A stretch of 64,000 nt of DNA, taken from NCBI RefSeq assembly GCF_963921235.1, contig NC_086107.1, positions 103,480,001-103,544,000 on the forward strand, read 5' to 3'. A program made the translations under genes and the position numbers. The DNA comes from Mobula hypostoma (taxonomy: Eukaryota). Position 1 is the first letter of the stretch, and every line of letters starts with the position of its first letter. Shown here one piece after another: positions 63,685 to 64,000 of this stretch. Under the pieces are notes generated by a model. The model made no database searches. It had not been told where the DNA came from and saw nothing but the letters and a program-made list of their open reading frames with translations.

Positions 63685-63945
63685 TATTTATTGAGATACA
63701 TTACAGAATAGGCCCTTCCGGCCCTTCGAGCCATGCCAACAGCAATCCCTGGATGTAATCCGAGCCTAATCACGGGACAATTCACAATGACCAATTAACC
63801 TACCAAGCAGTATGTCTTTGGGCTGTGGAAAGAAACCCACACAGTCACAGGAGAAGGTACAAACTCCTTACAGGCAGCGGTGGGAATTGAACCTGGGTCA
63901 GCTATGTAAAGCGTTATGCTAACCACTATGCTACCGTGCCGCCCC
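63685..63945 (-). mobile_element. HE1/V-SINE-like SINE
   Basis: Minus head GGGGCGGCACGGTAGCATAGTGGTTAGC, GGTTCAATTCCC B box, HER1/CR1-like tail. Confidence 0.8.
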
Positions 63946-64000
63946 AACTACGGTGAAGTAGCCTAATTGTAAGCTCTAATTTCTGTATACTATTTGCTGT

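Noticed and set aside
42396..64000. Next MRTFA exon (PLKSPAAFHEQ...-type)
   Set aside because: Not found by eye; probably beyond the window, though it could have been missed

Overview
Repeat-dense vertebrate intronic DNA. The repeat families (HE1/V-SINE-like SINEs, CR1/HER1-like and Rex1/Babar-like LINEs, Penelope-like elements) point to a cartilaginous fish, probably a ray (inference). Most of the window appears to lie in introns of MRTFA/MKL1 on the + strand. A 66-nt exon at 42330-42395 encodes the RPEL1 peptide (V)LQLKLQQRRTREELASQGIMP(P). There is a candidate alternative first coding exon at 6376-6502 and a candidate internal TATA promoter with short exons at 42931-43503. A full-length L1 with intact ORF1 and ORF2 (19128-25038, - strand, 11-bp TSD) is inserted into a CR1 3' end. 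The most striking structure is a set of short Penelope-like insertions, some carrying minimal type I hammerhead ribozymes: perfect fold-back palindromes with 13-15 bp TSDs and two fixed outward-facing termini, and a 385-nt ribozyme-to-ribozyme tandem unit resembling a retrozyme. Most short ORFs in the track are spurious or decayed TE fragments. Repeat family names come from recognised motifs, not a database search, and boundaries of decayed repeats are approximate.
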